DNA of 64,000 nucleotides from Octopus sinensis (GCF_006345805.1 NW_021825194.1:347525-411524), one strand, 5' to 3'; positions 1 through 11,590 are shown, counted from the stretch's first letter. Translations and numbers: made by a program. The notes: generated from the letters alone by a model not told the origin.

Positions 1-23
1 AAAAACGTATATAATTGGTAGAA

Positions 24-127
24 TAACGGACGTGTTTCGTGGCTATATTTAAGAAATGATTATAGTAAAAAAGATAAATAGTAGTAGTAAAATCATTTTG
101 ATATAAATATAGCCACTCATCAGGTTA
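24..127 (-). ncRNA. Mirror copy of the 286-389 hammerhead-like motif
   Basis: Exact reverse complement within the left palindrome arm. Confidence 0.65.
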
Positions 128-174
128 AAAATAAACTAGAATAATAAAATAATTAGTTAATAAATATACTTTAA

Positions 175-228
<54 letters not shown>

Positions 229-285
229 TATATATATATTAAAGTATATTTATTAACTAATTATTTTATTATTCTAGTTTATTTT

Positions 286-389
286 TAACCTGATGAGTGG
301 CTATATTTATATCAAAATGATTTTACTACTACTATTTATCTTTTTTACTATAATCATTTCTTAAATATAGCCACGAAACACGTCCGTTA
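286..389 (+). ncRNA. Type I hammerhead ribozyme-like motif with long helix II
   Basis: TAAC-CTGATGA(290-296)-GTGGCTATATTT...AAATATAGCCAC (12-bp perfect helix II)-GAAAC-AC-GTC(382-384)-C-GTTA. Helix I (TAAC/GTTA) needs one bulged C. Confidence 0.65.
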
Positions 390-567
390 TTCTACCAATT
401 ATATACGTTTTTGTTATTTTTTTGCAATTTAGCTAATCATCGGTATATTATTGTTATTTTAATTTTAATATTTCTATTATATGTAATTTTCTAGATGGTG
501 TAATTTAATTGTTCATTTTGAATTGATAAAAGGTGGATTTTTTTAATTATATATATATATATGTAAA

Positions 568-620
568 TGGCGGTGCCCCAGCATGGCCACAGCTCATTAG
601 CTGAAACTGGAAAAATCAAA
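568..620 (+). mobile_element. 3' tail fragment of tRNA-derived SINE family A
   Basis: ggcggtgccccagcatggccacagc...ctgaaac matches the 3' end of the full copy at 56241-56670. Confidence 0.6.
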
Positions 621-628
621 ATCAAAAT

Positions 629-669
<41 letters not shown>

Positions 670-714
670 AGAGGAAAATTATGATAAGACAATGAGTTAT
701 CACGCCAGAAATTT

Positions 715-865
715 GGACACGTTTTCCACATCTACTTAATGGAAAACTGGAAAAAATACTTAAATGATTGTTTCATCACATGGAAAGAATCTTATGAAAA
801 ACTTCTGGAATTCAAAACCACACAGAATAACATACATCCCAGCATTCAATTCACTATGGAAGGGA
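715..865 (+). pseudogene. Penelope-like reverse transcriptase fragment
   Basis: ORF 739-975 N-terminus WKKYLNDCFITW...EFKTTQNNIHPSIQFTME resembles the PLE RT segment W-x-RY(V/I)DD-x-F-x-x-W...LN-x-x-HP-x-I-x-FT-x-E. Confidence 0.7.
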
Positions 866-1169
866 AGGGGGAGAAAAAGAGGAGCAAAGGAATTAAGGAG
901 GGGAGAAGAGAGAGAAAAGGAACAAAGGAATTAAGGAGGGGGAGAAGAGAGAGAAAAAGAGGAACAAGGAATTAAGGAGAGGGAGAAGAAAGAGAGCGTG
1001 TAGACCGAAGAATGAAGGATTTGCGAGAAAAAAGGAAGACAGGAACATTGTAGAGCAAAGTAAGAAAGGCAAAGAATGTGGGAGAGTGGGGAGAGAGAGT
1101 GTGTTGAAGTCGTACAAAGTTTAGTGAAATGTGTACTTACATATTAGAGAACAAAGTGTACGTACGCCG

Positions 1170-1212
<43 letters not shown>

Positions 1213-1263
1213 ATACATATATATAAATACAAAATGGGGCAAGAACGCAAAACATCCAAATAG

Positions 1264-1335
<72 letters not shown>

Positions 1336-1455
1336 ACAAACTGGGACAAGAACACAAAACATTTAGAAGACGATACAAAAAACACTGACGGGACATTCGA
1401 AGCCTTCAATCTTCAGTCAAGAACCGGATCATCCACACAATTTCGGCTGATTAAT
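866..1455. mobile_element. PLE-associated terminal-repeat family (purine-rich block plus microsatellite-interrupted blocks)
   Basis: Shares blocks with 7868-8790 (gagaacaaagtgtacgtacgccgc; gtcgtacaaag.ttagtgaaatgtgtacttac; cttcagtcaagaaccggatcatcc) and abuts the PLE RT fragment. Confidence 0.6.
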
Positions 1456-1465
1456 ATATATATAT

Positions 1466-1521
<56 letters not shown>

Positions 1522-1606
1522 TATACATATATATATTTATAATACATAGATACATACATACATACATACATACATACATACTACATATATATATGTATGT
1601 ATGTAA

Positions 1607-1679
<73 letters not shown>

Positions 1680-2449
1680 CATACATGTATATATATATAT
1701 ATATAAGTTCAGCAACAATTTAGATTCAAGTGAATATGGTACTTAATTTAGATGCACCAGAATTTTGTATGGTGTTATCCATAAAAATTTGCGGGGTAAT
1801 TATAATCAAAATAAGAATAACTCCGGTAATTTGGTACAATTGTTTCGCACTACATCATTTTATTAAAAGTTTTCAAGTAAGATTTAAAATGCTGAGTGCT
1901 CATCAGCCAATTACATAGGTTTTCCATTAATACAAAGGCTTTCAAATCAAGTAGTAACATTATAGAGGAGGTAGATATACAGATAAAGATGAAGATTTAA
2001 ATTTTAAGAACATATGAGGTTGTGAAGTCCAATCACTGACTGACAAAGCTATGGCTGTATCTAACTGCTATAAGATTAGAAGTAATAAAGATTTTTTAGT
2101 TGTAGGAATGGGGTAAGGGAGGTTTCAGAATACCATAAAAGGAATTCAAGTTGCCACTAACAAAATGCCAATTACTGCTATTAGGTGAGAGGAACTAGGT
2201 CAATGTCAAATGGTCATTAATCCCCTTTACAGAGAGTAGGGAAAAAAACCTATCACTTATGAGTAGACATAGTATTTTATAACTGAGGGAAAGCTTTATT
2301 AATTTTAAAACTAGATTAGATTTAGAAAAAATTCCAATTTCATGTTTACAGTGAAGTTTTTTTAGTCATCTATGAAAGTTAAATTGAAAGCTAGTATAGT
2401 ATATTTCTTATTATTATAATAAAAAGTTAAAATTAAAAACATATAGGAA

Positions 2450-3162
2450 TACTCACAATTTTTATTTAAAGTATTTAAACGTTCGGGTTGTGGAATGTAT
2501 GCAAGATCATCCCAACTCCAGGCGATTATTCAACAGATTTATATTACTCTGATGTTTTAAAATTTCATAAGTTTCCAAAGAACAAAGTTGACAACCTTCC
2601 CAACTATTTCTAACTATATCCCATTTTAGGTTCAATCCTATATTGTTTGTTTTTAGTTCCCAAATTTTGCTAGATAGTGTTGTGCAACCTGTCTTATGTT
2701 TTAGTCTAACAGAGGAAAAATGATTGTTAAGACGTCTTTTAAAATCCACCGAACATCCGAAATAAAGAAAGCTATTGTTAGAAGTTATTATCGTGCATTT
2801 ATAAATTACGTTTTGGACCGAACAACGACCAGATACCGGACATTTTGATCTAATCCTACAATTACAACTGGGGGGTATAGTATTCAGTTCTGGAATTATT
2901 TAAGGATAGTTCACTCACATTACTGTTATTTAAATTATTATTAGTATTAGTATTACTTTTATTATTAGTAATCACGTTGTTATTCAAAGTAGGGTTACTA
3001 TTTATTAATCCATCTTCACCATCATTCCCACCAACCATACTTTTATCTATACTACCTATATTATTGGTATTGTTATTATCACTATTTATATCAATGTTGT
3101 TGTTATTATTATTATTATTGTTATCATCATTATTAATATTATTTTATTATTTTTATTTTTAC

Positions 3163-3205
<43 letters not shown>

Positions 3206-4800
3206 GTTATTATTATTATCATTATTGTTATTTCTATTGTTAATGCTATTATTACAATTATTATTATTATCTTTGTTGTTACTATTCATTCTACTCCTGG
3301 CTATCTTAATGTTTTTACTATTAAGTCTAGCTATTATGGTAGCCATGTTTGGGAGAGTTGAATATGAAATTCTTACTGATCTCCCAGAAATTATTTTATG
3401 ATATTTATGGGGGGCTGGGAAATTTTTTCCAGTATAGATTTAAACTACTGTACACATTCGTTGAGATCGCGCAATTAAAGGGGATATTTAGCCAAATGAT
3501 ATTTTCTCTTTTATATTTTTTGTTTAAGTACGAGTGGGAAGGATTAGTGTTATCAGTAGTCGCACGAGAATTATTATTCCTTTTACTACTATTTTTATGC
3601 CTATCAGGTTAGCATTTTCATATTTATTTATGATCTGTTCCCTATTTTTATTCCTATAATTTGGTTTATACACTAGGTTCTTTTTCTCCATTAATTTATG
3701 TTTATGTAGGGTATGAGAGTTATTACTACTTACGTCATTTACATTCACTTCATTATTTGGGAGATTTGAGCTATCCTTATCAAGAAAGGTAATTTCTTGG
3801 TCATATCTCGCCTTGGATAATGCGATATTGTAATGGTTAGAGTGAGAGTTAAATATATCACTATTAGATGATAATTTTGAAATTCTTTGGGAAATATTTC
3901 TAACTAATGATTTTAGTATATTCGGGGGGCGACTAGATAACTTACTTACATATCTAGTGACCTCGCCCTCCTTTCTAAATGGGTAATGTAAATTTGAATT
4001 TAGGCCTAAGGTAACATCTAGGAAATTAACTATCTTAGTGTTAGGTTCATAAGTAATGCCTAGGTTTAAATCTTTAAAAAAAAATTATTAATTTTCTTTT
4101 TTATCCTCTCAATACTTGATTTACTATTGATTTACTATTTTAGTATATTCGGGGGGCGACTAGATAACTTACTTACATATCTAGTGACCTCGCCCTCCTT
4201 TTTAAATGGGTAATGTAAATTTGAATTTAGGCCTAAGGTAACATCTAGGAAATTAACTATCTTAGTGTTAGGTTCATAAGTAATGCCTAGGTTTAAATCT
4301 TTAAAAAAAATTATTAATTTTCTTTTTTATCCTCTCAATACTTGATTTACTATTGCTAGGTACAACGAACAAAGCATCATCCCTTTATATACCACCTTGT
4401 AACTCAGGGATATCTCTGTTTATGCATTTTAATAAGTATGCTCCCACCAGATTCGTTATCTCCGCTGAGTCACTAGAGCCCATAGGTATATCAAAATTAT
4501 TAGGGGTATCCGCCCTAGTCCATAATTTACTTTCAAATTCAATGATAGTTTTTCTAGCTAATAGGATGATGTCAATATCCTCCCTAGATATGATATAGCG
4601 ATTCATAGCAAAAATAAGTGATTTGTTTAGTAGAATGGGGGATATACTAGAATAGTAATTGTTAATATCAAATTGGATAAAAGAAATTCTATTAGTGTTA
4701 TCTAGAGATTTAAACCAACCTATCACTTCATCTGTATTAATCCATAGACTCAAGGGGAGATTAGGAATTATACGGGGTAGAATATTGTCCAAAATATTTT
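2450..4800 (-). mobile_element. Decayed Penelope-like retroelement (RT plus GIY-YIG endonuclease)
   Basis: ORF 4385-4930 gives FIQFDINNYYSSI...FDIPMGSSDSAEITNLVGAYLL (PLE RT). Around 2760-2870, CNCRIRSKCPVSGRC..NVIYKC, and ORF 2507-2749 FKRRLNNH...LSSKIWELK...CQLCSLE...LLNNRLE (PLE GIY-YIG). Confidence 0.9.
3910..4355. repeat. Near-identical tandem duplication (3910-4129 / 4137-4355) inside the PLE
   Basis: Direct repeat starting attttagtatattcggggggcgactag and ending gatttactattg. Confidence 0.9.
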
Positions 4801-4817
4801 GTAATATATATATATTT

Positions 4818-4902
<85 letters not shown>

Positions 4903-4944
4903 ATACAGAAATATATATATACATATACATATATGTATATGTTA

Positions 4945-5680
4945 CACGGGAAAAGCCATTGATTCATGATTGTTGCCATGTGATGCCCTTATATAGCTTT
5001 TAAGCTCGGCCAAGCTTTTACACATTCTATTACATACTAGACAGCTGTGCTGGCTGGCAGGAGAAACAGGTGCCGCCCTATGCACTCTCTTAACATGTCT
5101 TTTTAGGCCTTAAACTGAGAAGCACGCCCTTCCACATTTTACACACGTTCTGTTATGAATTTTAATAACCACTTCATTGTTTATCATGGGTCGATTTCTA
5201 TGAGACTCAAACACCTCCACCTACAAACCACACACATGAAAAGCAACACTCTCTCACTTTCCACGGGCTACCCCCTTCTAAGCCCCCTCCTAATTCTCTC
5301 ATACTCCACTCTCTCGCTCTCAAATCTTGAACAACCATCATGCGCTATTTTCCTCCATCCATCACGGTCTTGTGCCTCCCTCTCCCAATTACCAGCTGCA
5401 ACCCTCTCAGTATTAGAACATTTTAAAGGCAATCCTTAAACCTTAGTTTAGGCTTATGCGCTGGTCTCCTGCAATGTTCCAGCTCACCATACAATAGCTG
5501 CTTGGGCAGTCGCTCATCACTCACCCTTACGAAATGTCCCCCCCACCTCAAACGTCTTTGCAAAACCATTGACTCTCTGCTTCTACTGCCACTCCTCTCA
5601 AGCACCTCCACGTTACTAATGGCCATTTTCCAGTTTATCCCCCAAATTTTTCTCAGACAGTATTCATATAAATACAGTGT
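4945..5680 (-). mobile_element. RTE-clade LINE 3' fragment
   Basis: ORF 5423-5710 QRRLRWGGHFVRVSDERLPKQLLYGEL...RPAHKPKLRFKDCL, followed by CVKCGRAC..GLKRH (RTE C-terminal Zn motif). Confidence 0.8.
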
Positions 5681-6108
5681 ACATTTAAACACATAAGAGG
5701 TATCCTTCATAGGATTCCTTATTTTTCATTCCCTTCGAGTTTTTTTTTTATCCCTAATAGTGGTTTGGATTTTAGATGGTCTTTCTAGCGTGAAAGGAAT
5801 CCTATGAAAGATACCTCTCATTTGTTTAAATGAACACTGCATTTATATAAATAATATATAGTCTATTGACTAATTTTTCTATACGCTAGGCCACAGGTAG
5901 TGAAAAGTTTTCTAAAATATTTATTACCCTGATATTATTAATTATTGATCTTTTTTCTGGAGAATTGTTCGAAGAAATGCCGGTATTTTTTTTTTCTTTT
6001 GCTGCCGACAAAAAACTGCGCTTGCGCGGTGGATTTGAAAAATTATAATGTATAAGCAAGAGGCACATGTTGGATTTGCTTCGTACTTATATGTTTGATC
6101 TTGGCGTA

Positions 6109-6176
6109 CCTGTTGATGAAGACTTCGCCTAGCAAATTATTTTATTTACTAAAAAAATTAGAAACCATAGTCCAGT
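6109..6176 (+). ncRNA. Variant hammerhead-like motif, array unit 1
   Basis: CCTG-TTGATGA-...TAGCAAAT/ATTTACTA stem...-GAAAC-CATA-GTC-CAG. Confidence 0.45.
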
Positions 6177-6508
6177 AAATAGATAGTAAATGTTTTTATT
6201 TTTGATTCCCTTCGAGATTTTTATCCCTAATAGTGGTTTGGACTTTAGCTGATCCTTCTAGCGTGAAAGGAATAATATATAGTCTATTGACTAATTTTCC
6301 TACATGCTAGGCCACAGGTAGTAAAAAAATTTCTAAAATATTTATTACCCTGATATTAAATATTGATAATTTTTCTGGAGGATTCTTCAAAGTAATGCCT
6401 GTATTTTTTTTGCTACCGACAAAAACTGCGATTGCGTGGTGGATTTGAAAAATTATAATGTATAAACAAGAGGCACATGCTAGATTTGCCTTGTTTGATC
6501 TTGGCATA

Positions 6509-6577
6509 CCTGTTGATGAAGACGTCGACTAGCAAATTATTTTATTTGCTAAAAAAAGTTGGAAACCATGATCCAGG
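6509..6577 (+). ncRNA. Variant hammerhead-like motif, array unit 2
   Basis: CCTG-TTGATGA-...TAGCAAAT/ATTTGCTA stem...-GAAAC-CATG-ATC-CAGG; helix I CCTG/CAGG. Confidence 0.45.
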
Positions 6578-6881
6578 AAATAGATGGTAAATGTTTTTAT
6601 TTTTCATTCCCTTCGAGTTTTTTTTATCCCTAATGGTGGTTTGGACTTTAGCTGGTCCTTCTAGTGTGAAAAGAATCCTATGAAGGATACCTCTTATGTG
6701 TTTAAATGTACACTGTATTTATATGAATAATATATATATTCTATTGGCTAATTTTTCTACACGCTAAGCCACAAGTAACAAAAATTTTCTAAAATATTTA
6801 TTACCGTGATATTATTAATTATTTTACATTTATACATACATACATACATACATACACAATACATATATATATATATATATA

Positions 6882-6940
<59 letters not shown>

Positions 6941-7039
6941 CATGATATATACGTGTGTGTGGTGTGTGTGTGTGTGTATGCTTGTATATATGTGAGATAA
7001 TAGTTTCAGTATTAATAGTGAAAGCTGAAAGTACTATCT

Positions 7040-7273
7040 CAATTTACAATAGAGATGTCATTGTTTCACTTTTGTCACGTAATACTGAAATAGTATAAGC
7101 GATAAAAGATTGCTCCGGGCTCTCATTGGGTAAGAAGGTGAACTGTTTTTTTGGCCCGTGACTTAGCATGTGTAAAATTTGAATGAAATCGGTTGGGTAG
7201 TTCTCAAGTTTTAGTGATGCGCACATACAGACACAGACAGACAGACACACATTCTCAGCTTTATATATATAGA
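7040..7273 (-). mobile_element. Non-autonomous Helitron 5' fragment
   Basis: Minus strand begins A|TCTATATATATAAAG...(TGTC)n...CCGATTTC, a typical small-Helitron 5' end. Confidence 0.55.
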
Positions 7274-7302
7274 TATATGTATATATATATATATATATGC
7301 AC

Positions 7303-7363
<61 letters not shown>

Positions 7364-7785
7364 TATATATATATATACATATATTTGTATGCGTGTGTGT
7401 GTGTGTCGGTATGTATTTGTGTATGTATATATATTGTACGCAAAGGATACAAATGTAAGGGAGACAATCAATTTCTGAATGCTACTTCGCAAAGAGTTAC
7501 CTCACTTGTCCACAACAGGCACTGTAGGCCAGGAAACCACACGTCGAGCAAAAGGGCAAAAGCTCGCTCGATCTCGATTTTCAGTTGCCCCATTACTCCA
7601 TACTACTACTCCATAAGTGAAAATTCTGATGAGTGTAGTACCATTTCTGGAACATAAGTGATGTATGTACCAAGCGTGAACAAAATCGTATGAAAAATAT
7701 TGATATTAAGCGGGTTCAAGAAACTGTCCCGTCACACACACACACATACACACACACATATCTTCCGTCTTATATATATATATAT

Positions 7786-7864
<79 letters not shown>

Positions 7865-7867
7865 AGA

Positions 7868-8368
7868 GAGAACAAAGTGTACGTACGCCGCTATATATAT
7901 ATATATATATATATAACGGGAAGCTTTATGAAAATAGACAAAAGACGAAGGCAGGTGGAAAACAAACGAACAATTGTATTAGTATGGCGCTCAGGAAATA
8001 TAAATAAAACAAGTCTTTAACGTTTCGAGCCTACGCTCTTCAACAGAAAGATACACAGAGAGAAAAAAACACTGAAAGAAGGAGATATATATATATATAC
8101 AAAATGGGACAAGAACGCAAAACATCCAGATAGGCGATACAAAAAACACGGACGCGTCATTCGAAGCCTTTAATCTTCAGTCAAGAACCGGATCATCCTC
8201 GCAATTTTGGCTGATTAATCTTGAGATTGCTCCAATCTGGTCTACCCCAAGGAAAAGCTAAGCTAAGAGCATTAGATTCCTTGAGAAAAAGCTTCGAATG
8301 TATACGAAACAAGGACAGAAAAACGGACGATGTTACACGAATATAAATACAAAAATAATACAAAAAAC

Positions 8369-8425
<57 letters not shown>

Positions 8426-8790
8426 GGGGCATAACAACAGGCGTCTTTCGACTGGAGACGAATTGAATTCGGCTGGCGTGTTGGTAATTAAGCCTTACGA
8501 CAGAGGAAAATATCGATGTGGCAGCAATCGCAGTCAAGCGCAAAAAGGCCAGTAATCGGCCAATAGTCACATGAGAAGAGAAGAGAGAGAAAAAGAGGAA
8601 CAAAGGAATTAAGGAGGGGGAGAAGAAGGAGAGTGAGTGTGTAGACGGAAGAATCAGAGAGTGACGAGAAAAAGAGAGAGACAGGGACAAAGTTGAAGTG
8701 CAAAGTAAGAAAGACAAAGAGATGTGAGAGAGGGGAGAGAGAGAGTGTTGAAGAAGTCGTACAAAGCTTAGTGAAATGTGTACTTACATA
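7868..8790. mobile_element. Second copy of the PLE-associated repeat family, with block order permuted relative to 866-1455
   Basis: Shared blocks B (7868-7892), C (~8100-8225) and A (~8570-8790); interrupted by (AAT)n. Confidence 0.6.
8014..8051 (-). ncRNA. Minimal hammerhead-like motif with CUGUUGA core variant
   Basis: TCTTT-CTGTTGA-A-GAGC-GTAG-GCTC-GAAAC-GTT-AAAGA: 5-bp helix I, 4-bp helix II, palindromic AACGTT. Confidence 0.55.
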
Positions 8791-9789
8791 TAAGCACACA
8801 CTGTGTATATATATATACACACACAGGTATGTAATATTTTCCGTTTGTTGTCTTATTTTATCCTGAAAATATTATTTATGTAACGCATGCACTCATTAAT
8901 TTTTTACCGTATATATGTGTGCCTGTGAGTGTGTGCGTGTGTGTGGCAAGTGAAAGACGAAAAATGGAATTAACGAGAATTTATTATTAATCACGGCAAT
9001 TGTTTCGACACATCTAGCATCGATCCCTCGTGGATGGGACAAGCAACAACTGGTTCAATAGTATCCAGCGGTGCACCTGTATCTCGTCTGGTTATAAATA
9101 AATGCAACTCGTTAAAATAACAATTCCGCCATGTAACTTCTCGTTTTGTAGAAAGAAAAGCAGCTAGACGTGGGGAATATCTTAATTTGTATAGAAGATA
9201 AAAAATAAAATCACAGATGGAAAAAAGAGAAACGAACACGTAATACAGTGAGAGAAGTATTAAAAATAACCGTTAACAAATATAGATGCATAAACGCCCT
9301 CGGGCGTTTATGCATCTGTATTTATCACGCATAGCGTGGGGACACTCGTATATTGAAGCATCCGCGAAAATGTGAGCATACGCACACGTTAGGTTTGGTA
9401 CACTCATGATCACAAAGCGAGTTAACTATCTACTTGATGTTTGTAAGAATGGGTAGGTTAAAAGTAAACTTAAGTTATCCATACCTTAAAGTAAACTAAA
9501 TTATGTTAACAGTTACTCAAAATTCATTCCCACTGCATTGTGCGAAAGTACATTTATATGCGTGTAGGCATCTCGAGAGTCTTTCAGAAACTCGAGAGAG
9601 GGGTGGGGAGATACAGACAGACAGACTAACAAACATGTATGTGTGTCAGCATAAAGCGCTTGCGTGAACTTCAAATTCAATACGTTTGAGCTCATGTTTG
9701 TTTGTGCTGTATGTAGTCTAGCTTACATCTGATTATGCCTGTACAAAAATGAAGAGGAAAAGAATGAGAAAAGATATGAAATGAAAAAT

Positions 9790-10102
9790 ACAAAAAGAAA
9801 GGAAAACAATAAGAATGCAAATAAGTTATAAGCTATATAATATCTATTCAACCAGTATTAACACTAATTGATCTGGATAATTGCAATGGAATGTTCTCTA
9901 GACTCACTGAAACAGGGGAATGTTCATTAAAGATATTTTTCTCTTTCTGCAGAGATATAATCTTTACTCAAGTGTTTCAAAGATTAAAAGATAGTAGAGA
10001 CCAAGCAGCTAACTAAATAAATAGCGTTTTAAAAAATGGACAGAGATACCGAGGCTGAAATATTCATTGGTACTGCTTTAGTCTCTTCGCGTTTAAATTA
10101 TC
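9790..10102 (+). repeat. Unclassified interspersed repeat, second copy at ~12680-12920
   Basis: Shared blocks: attcaaccagt.ttaacactaattgatctgg; actcaagtgtttcaaagattaaaagatagtagagac; cagagataccgaggctgaaatat. Confidence 0.8.
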
Positions 10103-10176
10103 TTCGAATTACGGGGTGAGAAGTCAAAGTGTAAGTGATAAGCTTTAACCATCTGTTTTAGCAGCATTCTCCCTCC

Positions 10177-10209
<33 letters not shown>

Positions 10210-10226
10210 ACTCATACACACACACA

Positions 10227-10311
<85 letters not shown>

Positions 10312-10568
10312 CAATAAAGCGAATAGTTACTAAATTTCTAAGCCGAAATTAGAAATCGAATTCACAATTTCCTACAGGTCCTCTACTTATTGTTTTAGCC
10401 TGTTGCACTAGAAATTTATGAGTATAAACTGAGCGCTTAACTTATCATGGGTCAAATCGGATACAGAGGGAAATCTTTTGTTTAGCCTGACCTAATTTGG
10501 TTTAGAAGAATATAAATACGCAACCAAAAATCATCTCTTTCTCTTTGATCCTTGGCCGCCACTTAGAG

Positions 10569-11590
10569 AAGATCTTTACCTTTTGAACGGAAGGTCGAGA
10601 AATGAATTTTTTGTAACTAAACACTTTCAAACTTCGGACACTGGTAGAATGTGTCATATAAAACATCTTTTGCTCTTAGTGTTGTTGAGAAAAGTTTGTA
10701 TTTTCAAAGTTATGTCGTATTTCGGTAATTTCAACCAATCAACTGAATAAAATTACTGCTGTTGTTTGTCAACAACAACTTCCGGCGGTGTATATTTCGT
10801 TCGTCTCTGTTATTTATGACATATTTCATCTCAGTTACGTTTGTATGAATAAACGAGTGTATCTGAAGCATGTTTACTTCATGGCACCACCACAATCGTT
10901 CGTGCATTTCTACTGCTTTTAGTTTTTTCCCCTGCTTTTCATCTACTATTTTCGGAAATACTTTTTTTGCTCCCTCCCCCTCCTCCTCCAATTTCTTCGT
11001 TTTTCACTTTTTCCGTAACTCTAACTCTAAAATCCCAACCCTAACCCTAACCCTAAAACCCTAGCCCTAACCCTAACTCTAAAGCTCTAACCCTGAAACA
11101 GTAACCCTAAAACCCTAACCCTAACACTAACTCTAAAACACTAACCTAACCCTAAAACCCTAACCTTAACCCTAAAACTCCAACCCGAACGCACTAACCC
11201 TAACCCTAAAACCACAACCCTAACCCTAACTCTAAAACCCTAACCCTAGCCCTAAAACCCTAACCCTAACCCTAAAATCCTAAAGTTAACCAGTACAAAC
11301 GCACGAACGGTATCATAAATAACAGTGACAAACGAAATATACACCGCTGGAAGTTGTTGTTGACAGACAACGGCAGTAATTTTATTCAGCTGAATACACG
11401 TCATTGATTGGTTGAAATTACCGAAATACGACAACTTTAACACGAAATAACTTCGAAAATGAAAACTTTTCTCAACAACGCTAAGAGTAAAAGTTGTTCT
11501 ATATGACACATTCTACCAGTGTCCGATGTTTGAAAAGTGTTTAGTTACAAAAAATTAATTTCTCGATCTGCCGTTCAAAGGGAAAAGATC
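10569..11590. mobile_element. Foldback/MITE-like element with ~300-bp diverged terminal inverted repeats enclosing telomere-like repeats
   Basis: Arms ~10569-10917 and ~11291-11590 are reverse-complementary (e.g. ggacactggtagaatgtgtcatata / tatatgacacattctaccagtgtcc). Confidence 0.8.
11016..11283 (-). repeat. Degenerate interstitial (TTAGGG)n-like tract
   Basis: Repeated ccctaa/ctctaa/ccctaaaa units on the + strand. Confidence 0.9.

Larger units (their letters stand above)
1..412. repeat. Perfect inverted repeat (arms ~1-180 and ~233-412) around a (TA)n spacer; each arm carries an HHR-like motif
   Basis: 233-412 reads as the exact reverse complement of 1-180. The left arm runs off the window edge. 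Confidence 0.95.
5667..6825 (+). repeat. Tandem array of ~480/400-bp units (attcccttcgag at 5728, 6205, 6606) preceded by a short inverted fragment (~5667-5718); units carry HHR-like motifs
   Basis: Direct repeats are visible. 5667-5718 is the reverse complement of ~6673-6727. Homologous to 58854-59526 (minus strand). Confidence 0.85.

Noticed and set aside
8140-8190. CTGAAGA...GAAT-GACGCGTC on the minus strand (also ~1385-1420) as a hammerhead
   Set aside because: GAAA is replaced by GAAT and helix I does not pair
11016-11283. True telomere or chromosome-fusion site
   Set aside because: The tract is degenerate, single-orientation and enclosed in the TIRs of a foldback element
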